From Methanotrichaceae archaeon (lineage in GTDB: Archaea > Halobacteriota > Methanosarcinia > Methanotrichales > Methanotrichaceae), in assembly GCA_963754945.1 (NCBI GenBank), contig CAVWIG010000015.1, positions 48,078 through 112,077 on the forward strand: a stretch of DNA of 64,000 nucleotides, written 5' to 3'. A program made the position numbers and the translations under genes. Of this stretch, positions 20,656 through 32,145 are shown in pieces. Each line of letters begins with the position of its first letter. Positions within the stretch are counted from its first letter, which is position 1. The notes beneath the pieces are model-generated. The model had not been told where the DNA came from, ran no database searches, and was given only the letters and a program-made list of their open reading frames with translations.

Positions 20656-20935
20656 TCTCTTCCCTGCCCGATTCTGCACAAATCTTTTTCCATGTTTGTG
20701 ATGATGATATAAATTACTTTTGATTCTGATCGCGATCTGGACGGTAGTCAAAACTGCGCACCCCGCGACTGGATGCGTAGTAATCAAAATAATCAATCGC
20801 TGACTAATAGACCGAAAATACTCGTGCTGAGTATTCAAGGATAGACCTTCTTTAACATATCCTCGATTAACCACAATAAATTTATTCTTAAACAGTAAGC
20901 ATATTAATAGGTTAGATCGTTAACTGGAGGATTTG

Positions 20936-22300
20936 ATGAAGGACTGCAACGAAATCGATGAGGCAGATAGCATGGTGACCCTGGAGCCGGACGGCTTTCA
21001 TGATCCTCAGGGTCGGTTGATATACTTCAGAGGGGTTAATATCGCTGCCAACTCCAAAAATCCACCGTTCATTCCCTTTGAAGACGTTCGTTGGTGGGAC
21101 CTTTTGGCCTCCTGGGGTTTCAATATGGTTCGGCTCACCCTTTTCTGGGAAGCCATCGAGCCACAGCCCGGAATCTACGACCGGTCCTATCTGGACAAGA
21201 TTGAGCAAATGGTGGATCAAGCATCTGTGCGAGGCATGTATACACTATTAGATATGCACCAGGATCTTTACAGTCGCTGGCTTCACGGGGACGGAGCTCC
21301 CGCCTGGGCGTTTCCAGCGGATGTAAATCCAGAGAACAACGACGGTTTCGGGGGAAGATTCTGGGGTTGCGCCTACACGCTGTCCAGAGACGTTAGAGCA
21401 TGTTTTACCAACTTCTTCGAATCCAGCCAACTAAGAGAGCATTACAGGAATGCCTGGGCAGAAGTGGCGAAGAGGGTCAAGGATAACCCTTACGTCCTGG
21501 GTTACGATATCATGAACGAGCCTTCCTGCGGCAACATACAGAATTACGATGGTCACTTCGAGAACAATTTCCTTAAACCGTTGTACGAAGAAACGATCGC
21601 TGCCATCAGACAGGTGCATCCCGAGGCTGTAGGTTTCGTAGAGCCGCACATCCTGGACATGTACACTTCAAGGCTTACGCCTTTTGACGTGGACCGACTG
21701 GTTTATGCCCCTCATCTGTACAATTTCGTTTCCAATACATTGAGGTTCGATCCCCTTCCAGAGGATGTCTCCTTCAGCATTCTTCTGTTGATTCACCAGG
21801 AAAAGGCAAAGTATCTACGCATGCCCCTGTTCGTAGGAGAGTTCGGGTCGCCGTGGAGGATGCAGCCTTTTTATGCCAGGGATATGGCGGTGAACGATGC
21901 CCTGGTGGAGCTGGAAAAGAACTTTGTAAGCAACGCTTATTGGGATTATAGCGTAAAGGATGTTGACGCGTGGAATGAAGAAGATTACTCCTTGATCGAC
22001 AAGGTTGGCAGTCCACGTGGCCTTGGAGTGAACGTGCGTCCATACGTCCGAAACTTGAGAGGTTTTCCCCTACACCAGAGCTTCGATCGAACGACCAGGA
22101 TTTATTCACTCCGCTTCAAAAGCGAACCCGGAGTGCCTCCAACTATGATTTACGTTCCGGAAAACCTCCAATATCCGAACGGCTTCCAGGTATGCGCATC
22201 TGATGGGTACTGGGAATTCCATAGAGACGGAGATTCAGGTGTGCTTCTCTACTACCCCAGCTTCGACTGCTATCATAATATCACCATTGAGCCAAACTGA
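20936..22300 (+). CDS. Glycoside hydrolase family 5, endoglycoceramidase-like
   Basis: RGVN, GFNMVRL..WEAIEP, LDMHQD, acid/base NEP, YAPHLY, nucleophile VGEFG, C-terminal RPY domain. Confidence 0.9.
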   Translation: MKDCNEIDEADSMVTLEPDGFHDPQGRLIYFRGVNIAANSKNPPFIPFEDVRWWDLLASWGFNMVRLTLFWEAIEPQPGIYDRSYLDKIEQMVDQASVRGMYTLLDMHQDLYSRWLHGDGAPAWAFPADVNPENNDGFGGRFWGCAYTLSRDVRACFTNFFESSQLREHYRNAWAEVAKRVKDNPYVLGYDIMNEPSCGNIQNYDGHFENNFLKPLYEETIAAIRQVHPEAVGFVEPHILDMYTSRLTPFDVDRLVYAPHLYNFVSNTLRFDPLPEDVSFSILLLIHQEKAKYLRMPLFVGEFGSPWRMQPFYARDMAVNDALVELEKNFVSNAYWDYSVKDVDAWNEEDYSLIDKVGSPRGLGVNVRPYVRNLRGFPLHQSFDRTTRIYSLRFKSEPGVPPTMIYVPENLQYPNGFQVCASDGYWEFHRDGDSGVLLYYPSFDCYHNITIEPN

Positions 22301-22456
22301 AATGCTGAAGGATTGGATTAGACCTAGCCAAAGATTTCGCATACCCTTTCTCAGTTGGACCGATCTTCATATCTGTATTCGTATCAGTAATCCAGCCGAC
22401 AAATTATTTATCGATTGAATAGCATCTTGATATGATCGAAAGTTGGTGAATCTTTC

Positions 22457-22732
22457 ATGAATTTTGAACATGTCGCCGGCAAGGACAAAGGCAAAGTCAC
22501 TTTGTATGCACTGAGCACCTGCATCTGGTGCAAAAAGACCAAAGAGCTCCTATCTAGCTTGGAAGTTAGTTTTGACTACATTTACGTCGATCTCCTGGGG
22601 GGCGATGACAGATCGAAGATAATTGATAAAGTCAAACAATACAATCCTAGCTGCTCTTTTCCCACTCTGGTCATAGGTGATAAGTGCATCGTGGGCTTCC
22701 GTGAAAAGGAGATCAGAGAGGCCCTGAAATGA
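22457..22732 (+). CDS. Glutaredoxin-like protein
   Basis: [25 protein letters not shown]. Confidence 0.9.
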   Translation: MNFEHVAGKDKGKVTLYALSTCIWCKKTKELLSSLEVSFDYIYVDLLGGDDRSKIIDKVKQYNPSCSFPTLVIGDKCIVGFREKEIREALK

Positions 22733-23232
22733 GGGATTACCGTGAACCTACAGACGATGAGGTAGAAGCTCTCTACTCCAGCCTGCGAAAAGATACCAAG
22801 CAGGCCGGTTACAATCTTAACCCGGATGTCCAGTTCACCAAGGACCTGATAAAGGGCATCCTGATCAACCGACAGAGATACGGCTATGACTGCTGCCCGT
22901 GCAGGCTGGCAGCCGATGACAAGGAAGTGGATCTGGACATCATCTGTCCGTGCTATTACAGGGATCCAGACCTGGCAGAGTTCGGAGCATGCTACTGCGC
23001 CCTCTATGTCTCAGGAGTTGTCCTAAAAGGAGAGAAGAAGCTAGAGCCGGTGCCGGAGAGAAGGTCTGCACCTGAGGCGAGGATGAAGATAGCGGTCGCC
23101 AGGCAGCCATCGAGCCTTTCTGTTCCTGTCTGGAGGTGCCTGGTCTGCGGCTACCTGTGTGGTCGTGAGGTGCCTCCTGAGGTCTGCCCCATTTGTAAGG
23201 CCAGAAAGGAGAGGTTTGAGAGATTCATGTAG
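22729..23232 (+). CDS. Ferredoxin:thioredoxin/disulfide reductase catalytic domain + rubredoxin-like domain
   Basis: CPCRL, CPCYY, CYCALY; C-terminal CLVC..CPIC; ATGA overlap with the Grx gene. Confidence 0.92.
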   Translation: MRDYREPTDDEVEALYSSLRKDTKQAGYNLNPDVQFTKDLIKGILINRQRYGYDCCPCRLAADDKEVDLDIICPCYYRDPDLAEFGACYCALYVSGVVLKGEKKLEPVPERRSAPEARMKIAVARQPSSLSVPVWRCLVCGYLCGREVPPEVCPICKARKERFERFM

Positions 23233-23397
23233 CCTCTCCCGTGACATTTTTCTACTTTCGGAGTAGCATGTCCGATCTGGCGCTGGAAAACGGTCGTGGC
23301 ATCGAGTTCGACCGTTCGGGCAACATGTTGCCCGACTAAAGGATTTTATACCTTCGGCAAATATAGTTAATCGAGTTGAAATGAGGAAGTGAAAGAT

Positions 23398-23580
23398 ATG
23401 GCAGTAGATCCTGTATGCAAGATGAATGTAGATGAGAAGACGGCCAAGTTGACGAGTGAGTACAAAGACAAGAAATACTACTTCTGTGCGCCAGGCTGCA
23501 AGAAGGCCTTTGACGAGACGCCGGAGAAGTACCTGGGCAGCCAGCAGAAGAAAGCGGGCTGTGGGTGTGGGTGCAGATAA
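23398..23580 (+). CDS. YHS-domain metal-binding protein
   Basis: MAVDPVCKM...YYFCAPGCKKAF..PEKY; C-terminal GCGCGC. Confidence 0.9.
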   Translation: MAVDPVCKMNVDEKTAKLTSEYKDKKYYFCAPGCKKAFDETPEKYLGSQQKKAGCGCGCR

Positions 23581-23601
23581 ATATATTGCATGTAAATATT
23601 A

Positions 23602-25011
23602 CTGTACTTTCCAAGTTTCTCCTTTATTTATATTTTCTAAATTATATCAAATTATATTTTCAATCCCATGCTTCTGAGTATATAAAGCAATCCGCCTTCC
23701 GGTACGGGTATATTAAAATACATCAGCACATATTCAAATGTTTCACCTAATGCTTGCATTTTTACTAGGTCGATCATGTCGCCCATAGTTCTTGGATTTG
23801 AACCGTCCCCAGATGGCGGATTGTCTATTTCCCATAAGAGAATCGCAGTCCATACTGAGAAGACTAGCTGAATAAATCTTTCAATTGATTGTTTTTCTCT
23901 TAATTGGTAATCTTTGAATCCTAATTTTTGATTTGTCTCTCTGTGGGCCGTCTCGATATCCCATCTATCCTCGTAAATTGAGAGTATTTCTTTCGACGAA
24001 AGCGATTCATTAGTGCTTATAAAATATTTTGTAGTGCTCTCCTTTTTTCTCTTTGAGACTACAAGTTTAACTTCGCCTACCTTGTCTATGACTACCTTCT
24101 TTTCAAATGCATAGTAGGTCTTCTTTTTGCCCCGAACACTAATAGTTGTCTTAATAAAATACTTATCCTCAATTTGGTTTGCTAAGTCTCTAACCTGAAA
24201 ACACATGTCCTTATTTATCCTGATTTTCTTATCAGATTTGATTTGGCAGACTATATTATGCCCTAATTTGAGACACTTGTTAAAGAGATCAGAAGAAAAC
24301 CACCAGCTATCGAAAACGATATAAAGGTCCATGCTTTTTGGTACTTCTAATGGTTCAATGATCTCGTCCAAGGCAATCTCCATTTTTGTTCTAAAATTCT
24401 CATTTTCGTCATCATTCTTGATATACATCTTAGCTTTATGTGGTATGAATAATCCTTTGGATTGGATAACAGAGGTAACAAAATTGTTACCCCAAATGTA
24501 GGTTTCTTTACTATGATCATAAAATTTTCCTACACCTTCCGTTTGAGTTCCTTCCTTCTCATTGTATGTGTCATCAATTATTAACAACATTCTATCATTT
24601 TCTTTTAAACATAATTTCTCAATAAAAAGGTCCACTTTGCGTTGAGCAACTTCATCCTCGTCCCAATTCGCATCGCTAAAGAACCAATTGTACGAAGAGC
24701 GTGCTTTTTTTCCTTTCCTACATTCGGCCATAGTATCACAAAGGTTGGAAACGGTCTTGGATTTATCACACACGCTTAACGCTCCACACAAATCTCGAAA
24801 CGATCCATAACTCGGTTTCGTAAAAAGATCCTGAAATTCATTCAAGAACGGCTCTAATTGCAATGGTACCTTTATTATTTTGATCATTCTACTCCCAAAA
24901 GAGAGAATTTGATCCTAGTATAAAACCCTTACTTTTTATTTTTTTTATTAAATTTATATTCTAATTTAATCTGATGATATTATAAATATACGAAAAAGTT
25001 GGAAAGTACAG
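23602..25011 (-). mobile_element. IS701-like element, copy 1
   Basis: TIRs CTGTACTTTCCAA / TTGGAAAGTACAG. Near-identical to 59743-61152. No TSD. Confidence 0.93.
23652..24887 (-). CDS. IS701-like DDE transposase
   Basis: IIDDT, VFDSWW, RWDIETAHRE motifs. Confidence 0.92.
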   Translation of the reverse strand: MIKIIKVPLQLEPFLNEFQDLFTKPSYGSFRDLCGALSVCDKSKTVSNLCDTMAECRKGKKARSSYNWFFSDANWDEDEVAQRKVDLFIEKLCLKENDRMLLIIDDTYNEKEGTQTEGVGKFYDHSKETYIWGNNFVTSVIQSKGLFIPHKAKMYIKNDDENENFRTKMEIALDEIIEPLEVPKSMDLYIVFDSWWFSSDLFNKCLKLGHNIVCQIKSDKKIRINKDMCFQVRDLANQIEDKYFIKTTISVRGKKKTYYAFEKKVVIDKVGEVKLVVSKRKKESTTKYFISTNESLSSKEILSIYEDRWDIETAHRETNQKLGFKDYQLREKQSIERFIQLVFSVWTAILLWEIDNPPSGDGSNPRTMGDMIDLVKMQALGETFEYVLMYFNIPVPEGGLLYILRSMGLKI

Positions 25012-25699
25012 CACCTTTTACACATATCTGGTTGATGAAGAACTGATGTCTGTTAATCCAATTATTCCCTTCAAAAGGAGGTATCTGAGAAAATTTAAAG
25101 ATGATAACGGTTCCGAAAGTAGGCAAATAATCAGCATAGAACAGGCATCTCTTTTGGTGAACTCGACCTTGAATAGTCGCGACAAGGCAATCCTCGTCCT
25201 TCTGTTCAAAACAGGAATTCGTCGGGGTGAGTTATGCAATCTTGATTTGGACGACTTAGATTGTTAGAATATGATGATTAATTTGAAGCTCACTGCAAAG
25301 AGGTCAAATCGATTGCTATACTTCGATAATGAAACGGATGAAGCCCTCCAAGCTTGGTTACATATAAGAGAGAAAAAATATTCATATGACATCGATGCGT
25401 TGTTCATTAGCAGCCAGGGATTGAGGATTAGCCCGGAAGAAGTTGATTATATTGTTAAAAAGCATGCAGCCAGAATAGGTCTACATGATCCCAACTCAAA
25501 GCGACTTGAAGATCGATTTACTCCGCACTGCTGTCGCCACTGGTTCACTACGCACTTGATAAGAGCTGGCATGCCAAGAGACTTTGTGAAAGAACTAAGG
25601 GGCGATGTCAGACACGAGGCCATCGACATCTACAACCACATCGACAAGAAGGAGCTAAGAGAGAGCTATCTGGCACATATACCGCAATTGGGGATTTGA
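25012..25699 (+). pseudogene. Tyrosine recombinase/integrase (XerA-like), 5'-truncated by IS and with in-frame TAG at 25265-25267
   Basis: RDKAILVLLFKTGIRRGEL, TPHCCRHWFTT, LRGD, IDIYNH. Frame begins directly at the IS end. Confidence 0.85.
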
Positions 25700-26555
25700 G
25701 CTCTATTTTAATATTTCCAAATTGGGTATGTTGCATTAGGGGTTGTTTAAAATGCTGTTGCAAGAGGGTAGGTTGTAATTTGAATAGTGACATATTCGTG
25801 TTACTGGTATTTCTCAACTGAAAATAAATAATTAGAGTGATACTATTTAAGGAGGACTTGGTTTTTGATGCTGTGTCGCATGATTATTATAGTATTATTT
25901 CGTTATTCAAGAATTCATAATTTATTTTAACTAATTACTTATATGCTCCTAAGTATATTATACAAAATGAATGCTCTTTTAATCTCGGCGACCATTCCTT
26001 CTGGTGAAGATGCCCGAACCGTCTCACCAAAGATACGCTTGATCGATGAGAAGAAGCCTTCAACTGCCCACCTTCTACCGTACTGATGCATTTGCTTCCA
26101 ACCCTTGTAGCCCATTTTTTTGAATTCCAGAACAGCGAAGGCTCAAGGACCTGGAAAGGCAACAGGTCAAACCTGTTGATGTCAAGCTGATTTGGTATGA
26201 TGAGGAACCCGACCCTGGAGTTGAGGTTATCAAACTGAGGTGGCTTGATGAGGTCGAGAAAGAGTATTGAGTGCCGATTAGATGTCCTAGAGGAAGGATC
26301 AGGAGCCTCCTCCGTCCTGAGCGGAAAATGAAACCTCTATTGAATATGCTCCGGGAAGAAAGAGCAAACAAACCAATAGGGCCAACAACCAAGATGAGCG
26401 CAACGGCTAATTTCCCTCCTAGTTTTTTGCGATAAATGATCAATCTAATAAGGGTTACGCTGCTCTTTGTTCCTGTCTGTTATCTTTCCTTGCTCTTGCA
26501 GTGGCGATATGGTTATATCTCAAGCACTCGACCTGCAAGCCCCAGGTGAATAGAT

Positions 26556-27338
26556 TTGACAACAATTGAGAAGCTTTTAGGCACGGCTCTACTCCTGGCA
26601 CTGCTTCTGCCAGCAGCCCTGGCCTCAAATGATACTCTCTTCCAGACGTCCACCATTAGTGCCCTGATGGTGGGCGACTTCAATGGCACGATGTCCTTCA
26701 AGGACCTTAAGAGCCATGGCAACTTCGGGGTAGGTACATTCGATAGGCTAGACGGGGAGATGGTAGGCCTCGACGGCCAGTTCTACCAGGTGAGGTCGGA
26801 TGGACATGCCTATCAAGTGAACGACACAGCTACAACTCCCTTTGCCGAGGTGACCTTCTTCAAGCCTGAGGATAACCTCAGCCTGAATGGCACATACAAC
26901 CTCACTCAAATAGAGAGCTACCTGGACAGCAAACGCCCTACCAAGAACATCTTCTATGCAATAAGGATCGATGGAACCTTCGATTATGTCAAGACAAGAG
27001 CCCCACAGGCCCAGAGCGTACCCTATCCGACGCTTACTAATGCGCTCAAAACTCAGAAGATCTTCCAGTTCAACAATACCACTGGGACTGTGGTGGGGTT
27101 CTGGTGCCCTGAGTATGCCAAGGACATAAATGTGGTTGGCTACCACCTGCACTTCCTAAATCAGAATAGATCTGCCGGAGGCCACCTCTTGGACATAAGG
27201 CTTCATAAGGCCAAAGTTGCCATAGACGACCTGACAGAGCTTGATATGGCATTGCCCACAAATAAAGAGTTCTATCATGCAGACTTGTCGGGAAACCAGC
27301 AGGCAGCACTGAAGAAGGTAGAGAGTAACCCCAAATAG
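26556..27338 (+). CDS. budA: Alpha-acetolactate decarboxylase with signal peptide
   Basis: QTSTISALMVG, GNFGVGTFDRLDGEM, TPFA, GYHLHF, GGHLLD. Confidence 0.9.
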   Translation: MTTIEKLLGTALLLALLLPAALASNDTLFQTSTISALMVGDFNGTMSFKDLKSHGNFGVGTFDRLDGEMVGLDGQFYQVRSDGHAYQVNDTATTPFAEVTFFKPEDNLSLNGTYNLTQIESYLDSKRPTKNIFYAIRIDGTFDYVKTRAPQAQSVPYPTLTNALKTQKIFQFNNTTGTVVGFWCPEYAKDINVVGYHLHFLNQNRSAGGHLLDIRLHKAKVAIDDLTELDMALPTNKEFYHADLSGNQQAALKKVESNPK

Positions 27339-27758
27339 ATACTCTACCCAAACTTTTAGAAAGGAAAAAAATAGCTACCTATTGCAAGCACGATAGGTAG
27401 ATTCCAGAGCCTAAGAACCAGTTATCATCCACTTTCATCACGTAAGCGATCTTGAACTCGTCTCGGTTGCCATGAGCTGGGTTTGGAAAAATGAAGTAAG
27501 CAAACCCTTTCCCATCCTTGGCTGTGCTAATCACGTTCTTGAGCATTGGCACGCCGTTGGAGTCGGTCACGTTCAGCTTGTTTTTGCCAATCCAATCGGG
27601 CTTAAATGGATGTGCAAGGCAAGTTCCATTGAAGTCGTAAGCGTAGATGTAGAGCTCTCCGCGGACAAATGAGCCTGTCTTATTGCTAAACTCCTTGAGT
27701 GCTTTATCTTTGCCGTTCTTTTGGGCATAGGCCAGAGCGGATTCAACAAATGAAACTA

Positions 27759-28970
27759 GTGTCGCGTCAGCGATCTAGTGTCGGATAAAGCCGAGATAGT
27801 TTAACTCTTGCATCCGTTGTAGTGAATTGCCAATTTACCTTTGCATTTTTATTATTTCTGAACTCCTGCCATGCCGCTACTTCATCCTTAACAATCTCGA
27901 TTTTATCGATCCGTCTATCCAGACATTGTCCTGTAAGGACATTCAGCTCTATCTCAGCCATATTCAGCCAACTGCCATGTTTAGGCGTGTACACAAATTC
28001 AAACCTATCCATTAACGCCTTTGCCTTATCTGGCGTAAATTTCTCATAAAACGATCCTGCGTTATGTGTGCTGAAATTGTCCATCACCAATGTTATCTTT
28101 TCTGCATGTTCGTATTGGGCGGCGACATCTTCCATAAAGCAAGCCCAATCCAGCGCAGTTTTTCTTTCAGTGACCTTTACCATACGCTTCCCGGCCAACG
28201 GTTCGCATGCAATGAAAATATTGGATAAGCCGCAGCGTTTGTATTCATAGTCGTATTTGGCAGCACGCCATGGAGATACTGCGATAGGTACTCTTGTCTC
28301 GGATATCAGCTGTTTTGGAGATTCGTCCATGCATACAACCGGATGATGTGAATCAAACGGGAGCTTATAGACATCCAATACCATTTCCATATTTGCAACG
28401 AACCTACCGTTTTGATTTGGTGGAATTACCCATCCTTTGCGTTGCCACGGCTTGATCTCGTTTTTTTAAAATTTGGCGCACGGCTTCATGAGAAATGCTG
28501 TCGATGTACTTTAGTTCGACGACCTTATCGGCCAAAAGCCTCAAAGACCACCGCGCAAAACCATCTGGTGGTTCGCTGCAACTCAATGCAATTAAATGGG
28601 CTTCAAAATCTCCATCGGTCTTCTTGGCATAGATGCGGGTTCCCAATCTTTTTTCAAGAGCTGAATCAAGACCTCCCTCTACAAATCGCTTTTTTACACG
28701 GTCTATCTTTCTCATGCTTATATTGAGCACACGGGCGATTTCTTCATTCGTTGAGCCCTCTGTTTGGTACTCGCCTTCATCACACCCGAGCAAAATTAAT
28801 GCATTAAGAATCTTCTGTGATTTTTGCTTTCCCTTGACTGTAAGGTCGCTAAGAGCTTTGCGCTCGTCCTCAGTAAGCGTTACGATATATTTCTTCATTG
28901 CTATTACCCCAAGTTGGATATGAAGATAATATATCTTAAACTTTATGTCACTTCAATATTGACGCGACAC
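27759..28970 (-). mobile_element. IS630-family element, copy 1
   Basis: TIRs GTGTCGCGTCA / TGACGCGACAC, flanked by TA within CTAG on both sides. Confidence 0.95.
27767..28898 (-). CDS. IS630 transposase (two ORFs joined by probable -1 frameshift at TTAAAAAAAC)
   Basis: HTH ORF 28404-28898 plus DDE ORF (CMDES, VMDN, PKHGSWLNMAEIE). Same split in copy 2. Confidence 0.9.
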
Positions 28971-31900
28971 TAGTTCTGTCTTGTTGAATGCGGCACTTAA
29001 TGATGCATTCGCCACGGTGTGGGATTCTTCTTTTGCCAAAGCTGACTGGGTTACAAAAATAGTTGCACTCAACAGGAAGATTAATGGTATTAGCGTAATC
29101 CAATTCTTCATATCAACCGACTGTATTTGATGTTGTAATTAAAGAAAACGGTCGAGGAGTTAGCTGTTTTTAGATCAAAGGTGCGGTTCTTTACCAGTAA
29201 AAATCAAGAACGAAAATTTACCGCGAGCGATTTCCACGCGTGGGGGATGAGAACCCCGCATGAATCCTTCCACGTTTTTGCAACTATTCCCGCCAAATCA
29301 ATTGGTATATATCATAATAAGCCCCTTCTGGCAAACCAGAACCAGGTCTGCTTTTGGATGGCTATACTACAGAATACGAATTGCGAGCATGTAATAGGAC
29401 GAAAGAGTAACAGAGTGATGGGAAGATGGAATCTGCCATGAGGCGAACCGGAATCGATGTTATCGGTGAAGTTCCCTGGGGAACTCATTTCTGCCAATTC
29501 TACGAGTCCAGTCAGGACCTGATAGAGTTACTTGTGCCGTATTTCAAGGAAGGCTTGGCCGCAAACGAATTCTGCATGTGGGTGACCTCAGAGCCTCTAC
29601 AGGTCGATCAGGCGACTGCTGCCTTGCGTGCTGCAGTCCCGAACCTTGATGATTACATCGACAAAGGCCAGATTGAGATCCTCGATTACAGCCAATGGTA
29701 CACACGATCGGGAAAGTTCTCGGCAGACGAGGTGCTTCTGGGTTGGGTTGAAAAACTGAAAGCAGCTCAAGAACAGGGATACGAAGGCTTACGGCTGACC
29801 GGGAATACATTTTGGCTAGAGAAGGCAGATTGGGACGACTTCACACGGTACGAGGAGACTGTCAATAGCGTCATCGGCCGGTATCCAATGCTCGCCATCT
29901 GCACTTACTCCCTTCAAAAATGCAATGCTGTAGAGCTTCTCGATGTAGTCGCCAACCATCAGTTCGCCATGATCAAGCGTTCTGGCCGGTGGGAAATCAT
30001 CGAGAGTGCCCAACACAAGCGAACCGGAATTGCTCTGCAGAAAAGCGAGGACCGTTTTGCAACTATCCTGGCTAGCATTGGCGACGCGGTCATCACCACC
30101 AATATCGAAGGTAAAATCACCTTCATGAACGGTGTGGCGGAAAAATTGACTGGCTGGAAGTTTGACGATGCCTCGATGTTGCCTGCTAAGACAGTTTTCA
30201 ACATTATCAATGAGTACACCCGCAGAGAGGTCGATGACCCTATCACTAAGGTTCTCGATAACGGAACGATTGTCGGCCTTGCAAACCACACTATTTTGAT
30301 TCAGAGGGATGGATCAGAAGTCGCTATAGATGACAGCGGTGCGCCGATAAGGGACCGAAGTGGAGACGTCATGGGGGTCGTCCTTGTCTTTCGCGATATC
30401 ACCGAGCACAAGCGAGTGGAAGATGAATTGAGTGCGGCTAAGGACCGCATGGCCGAAGACCTGGATGTCATGGCCCGACTTCATAAGATAAGCGAAAGAT
30501 TTGTTGGCCAAGGCGATTTACAAGAAATACTTGATGAGATTGTCGAAACGGCAATCGCCATCACTCACGCTGACATGGGGAACATACAGCTTTTTGATGC
30601 GAGTTCGGGCAGTCTACAGATCATGGCAAACCACGGCTTCGAGCAGCCGTTCCTGGACTATTGGAATTCGGTTCACAAAGGCCAGGGGGCCTGCGGCACG
30701 GCTTTAGGACGAGGGGAGAGGGTAATCGTCGAGGATGTCACAAAAAGTCCCATATTTGTTGGCTCTCCAGCTCTGCAGGTCCAGTTGGATGCAGGCGTGC
30801 GAGCGGTCCAGGCCACCCCGTTATTAAACCGCTCCGGCAATCCGCTGGGGATGCTCTCCACTCACTATCGAACCCCGCGCCGACCAGATGAGCCGGATCT
30901 GCAGCGTCTGGACCTGCTGACCCGCCTGACAGCAGACATCATCGAACGATCGCAGGCCGAGGAGGAGCAGGCGAGGCTTGCGTCCTTCCCTAAACTCAAC
31001 CCGAATCCCATTATCGAGGTTGACAGGGCCGGAAAGGTGCAGTTCCTTAACCCTGCCGCTCAACAGTTATTCCCCGACCTCCAAAAAAGCGAAGGTCGTC
31101 ATCCTTTGCTGGCCGATTGGGAGGCTGTGATGCTTGCGTTTTCAGATGACGAAACAAGAACGTATGTACGGGACATATCCGTTGGAGAGAGATGGTACCA
31201 GCAGGCAATGTACTCCTTGCGCGGTAAAGGGAATATCCGCACCTATGGCCTGGACATCACTGAACGCAAACAGGCGGAAATAAGACTGCAAGAAGCTAAT
31301 GAAGAGCAGGAAGTCATCTCCGAGGAATTACGTCAGCAGAACGATGAACTCATCCGCTCTCAATCAGCGCTGCATGAGAGCGAGGAGCGTTTCCGTTTGA
31401 TGATAGAAAGCGTCAAGGATTATGCCATCTTCATGCTTGATCCAGAAGGTAGGGTTGTAACTTGGAATGAGGGTGCTGAACGCCTCAAAGGATACAAGCC
31501 TGAAGAGATCATAGGCCAAGACATTTCCATTTTTTATACTCCGGAAGACGTTGTCCAGAACAAACCTTATGCGCTATTGGATGCCGCCATTTCCCAAGAG
31601 CATGCTGAGGAAGATGGATGGCGTGTTCGCAAGGATGGTTCCCGTTTCTGGGCTAGCGTAGATATCACAGCCTTGCGTGATAAGCAGGGAAAACTGCGTG
31701 GCTTTGTCAAAGTCATCCGCGACATTACCGAACACAAACGGATGGATGAAGCGCTGCGTGAGGCAAAGGACTATCTTGAGAGCCTGATCAATTATGCCAA
31801 TGCACCAATTATTGTATGGGACACGTCATTCAATATCACTAGATTCAACCACGCATTCGAAAAGCTGACAGGTCTGTATGCGCGGGATGTTCTCAGCAAG

Positions 31901-32145
31901 CCTTTGGAGATACTTTTCCCTGATGTGGACAAGGATAATTCTTTAGCGCTCATAAGACGTACTAACTCTGGAGAACGCTGGGAAGTAGTTGAAATACCGA
32001 TCCTCAGGACTGACGGGTCTGTCCGCACAGTACTTTGGAACTCAGCAAATATTTACGGCAAAGACGGAGCTACCCCTGTCGCAACCATCGCCCAAGGTCA
32101 GGACATTACCGAGCGGAAGCTTGCTGAAGAGGAGCTTCGCAAATC

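Larger units (their letters stand above)
27379..29111 (-). pseudogene. Secreted single-Cache-domain protein interrupted by IS630
   Basis: Removing the IS and one TA restores MKNWITLIPLIFLLSA...NKTELVSFVESALAYA...GELYIYAYDFNGTCLAHP...WFLGSGIY. Confidence 0.88.

Noticed and set aside
25265-25267. Pyrrolysine read-through of the in-frame TAG in the integrase (and in proC)
   Set aside because: Both genes are otherwise broken, TAG is used as a normal stop by many genes here, and no pyl genes are visible.
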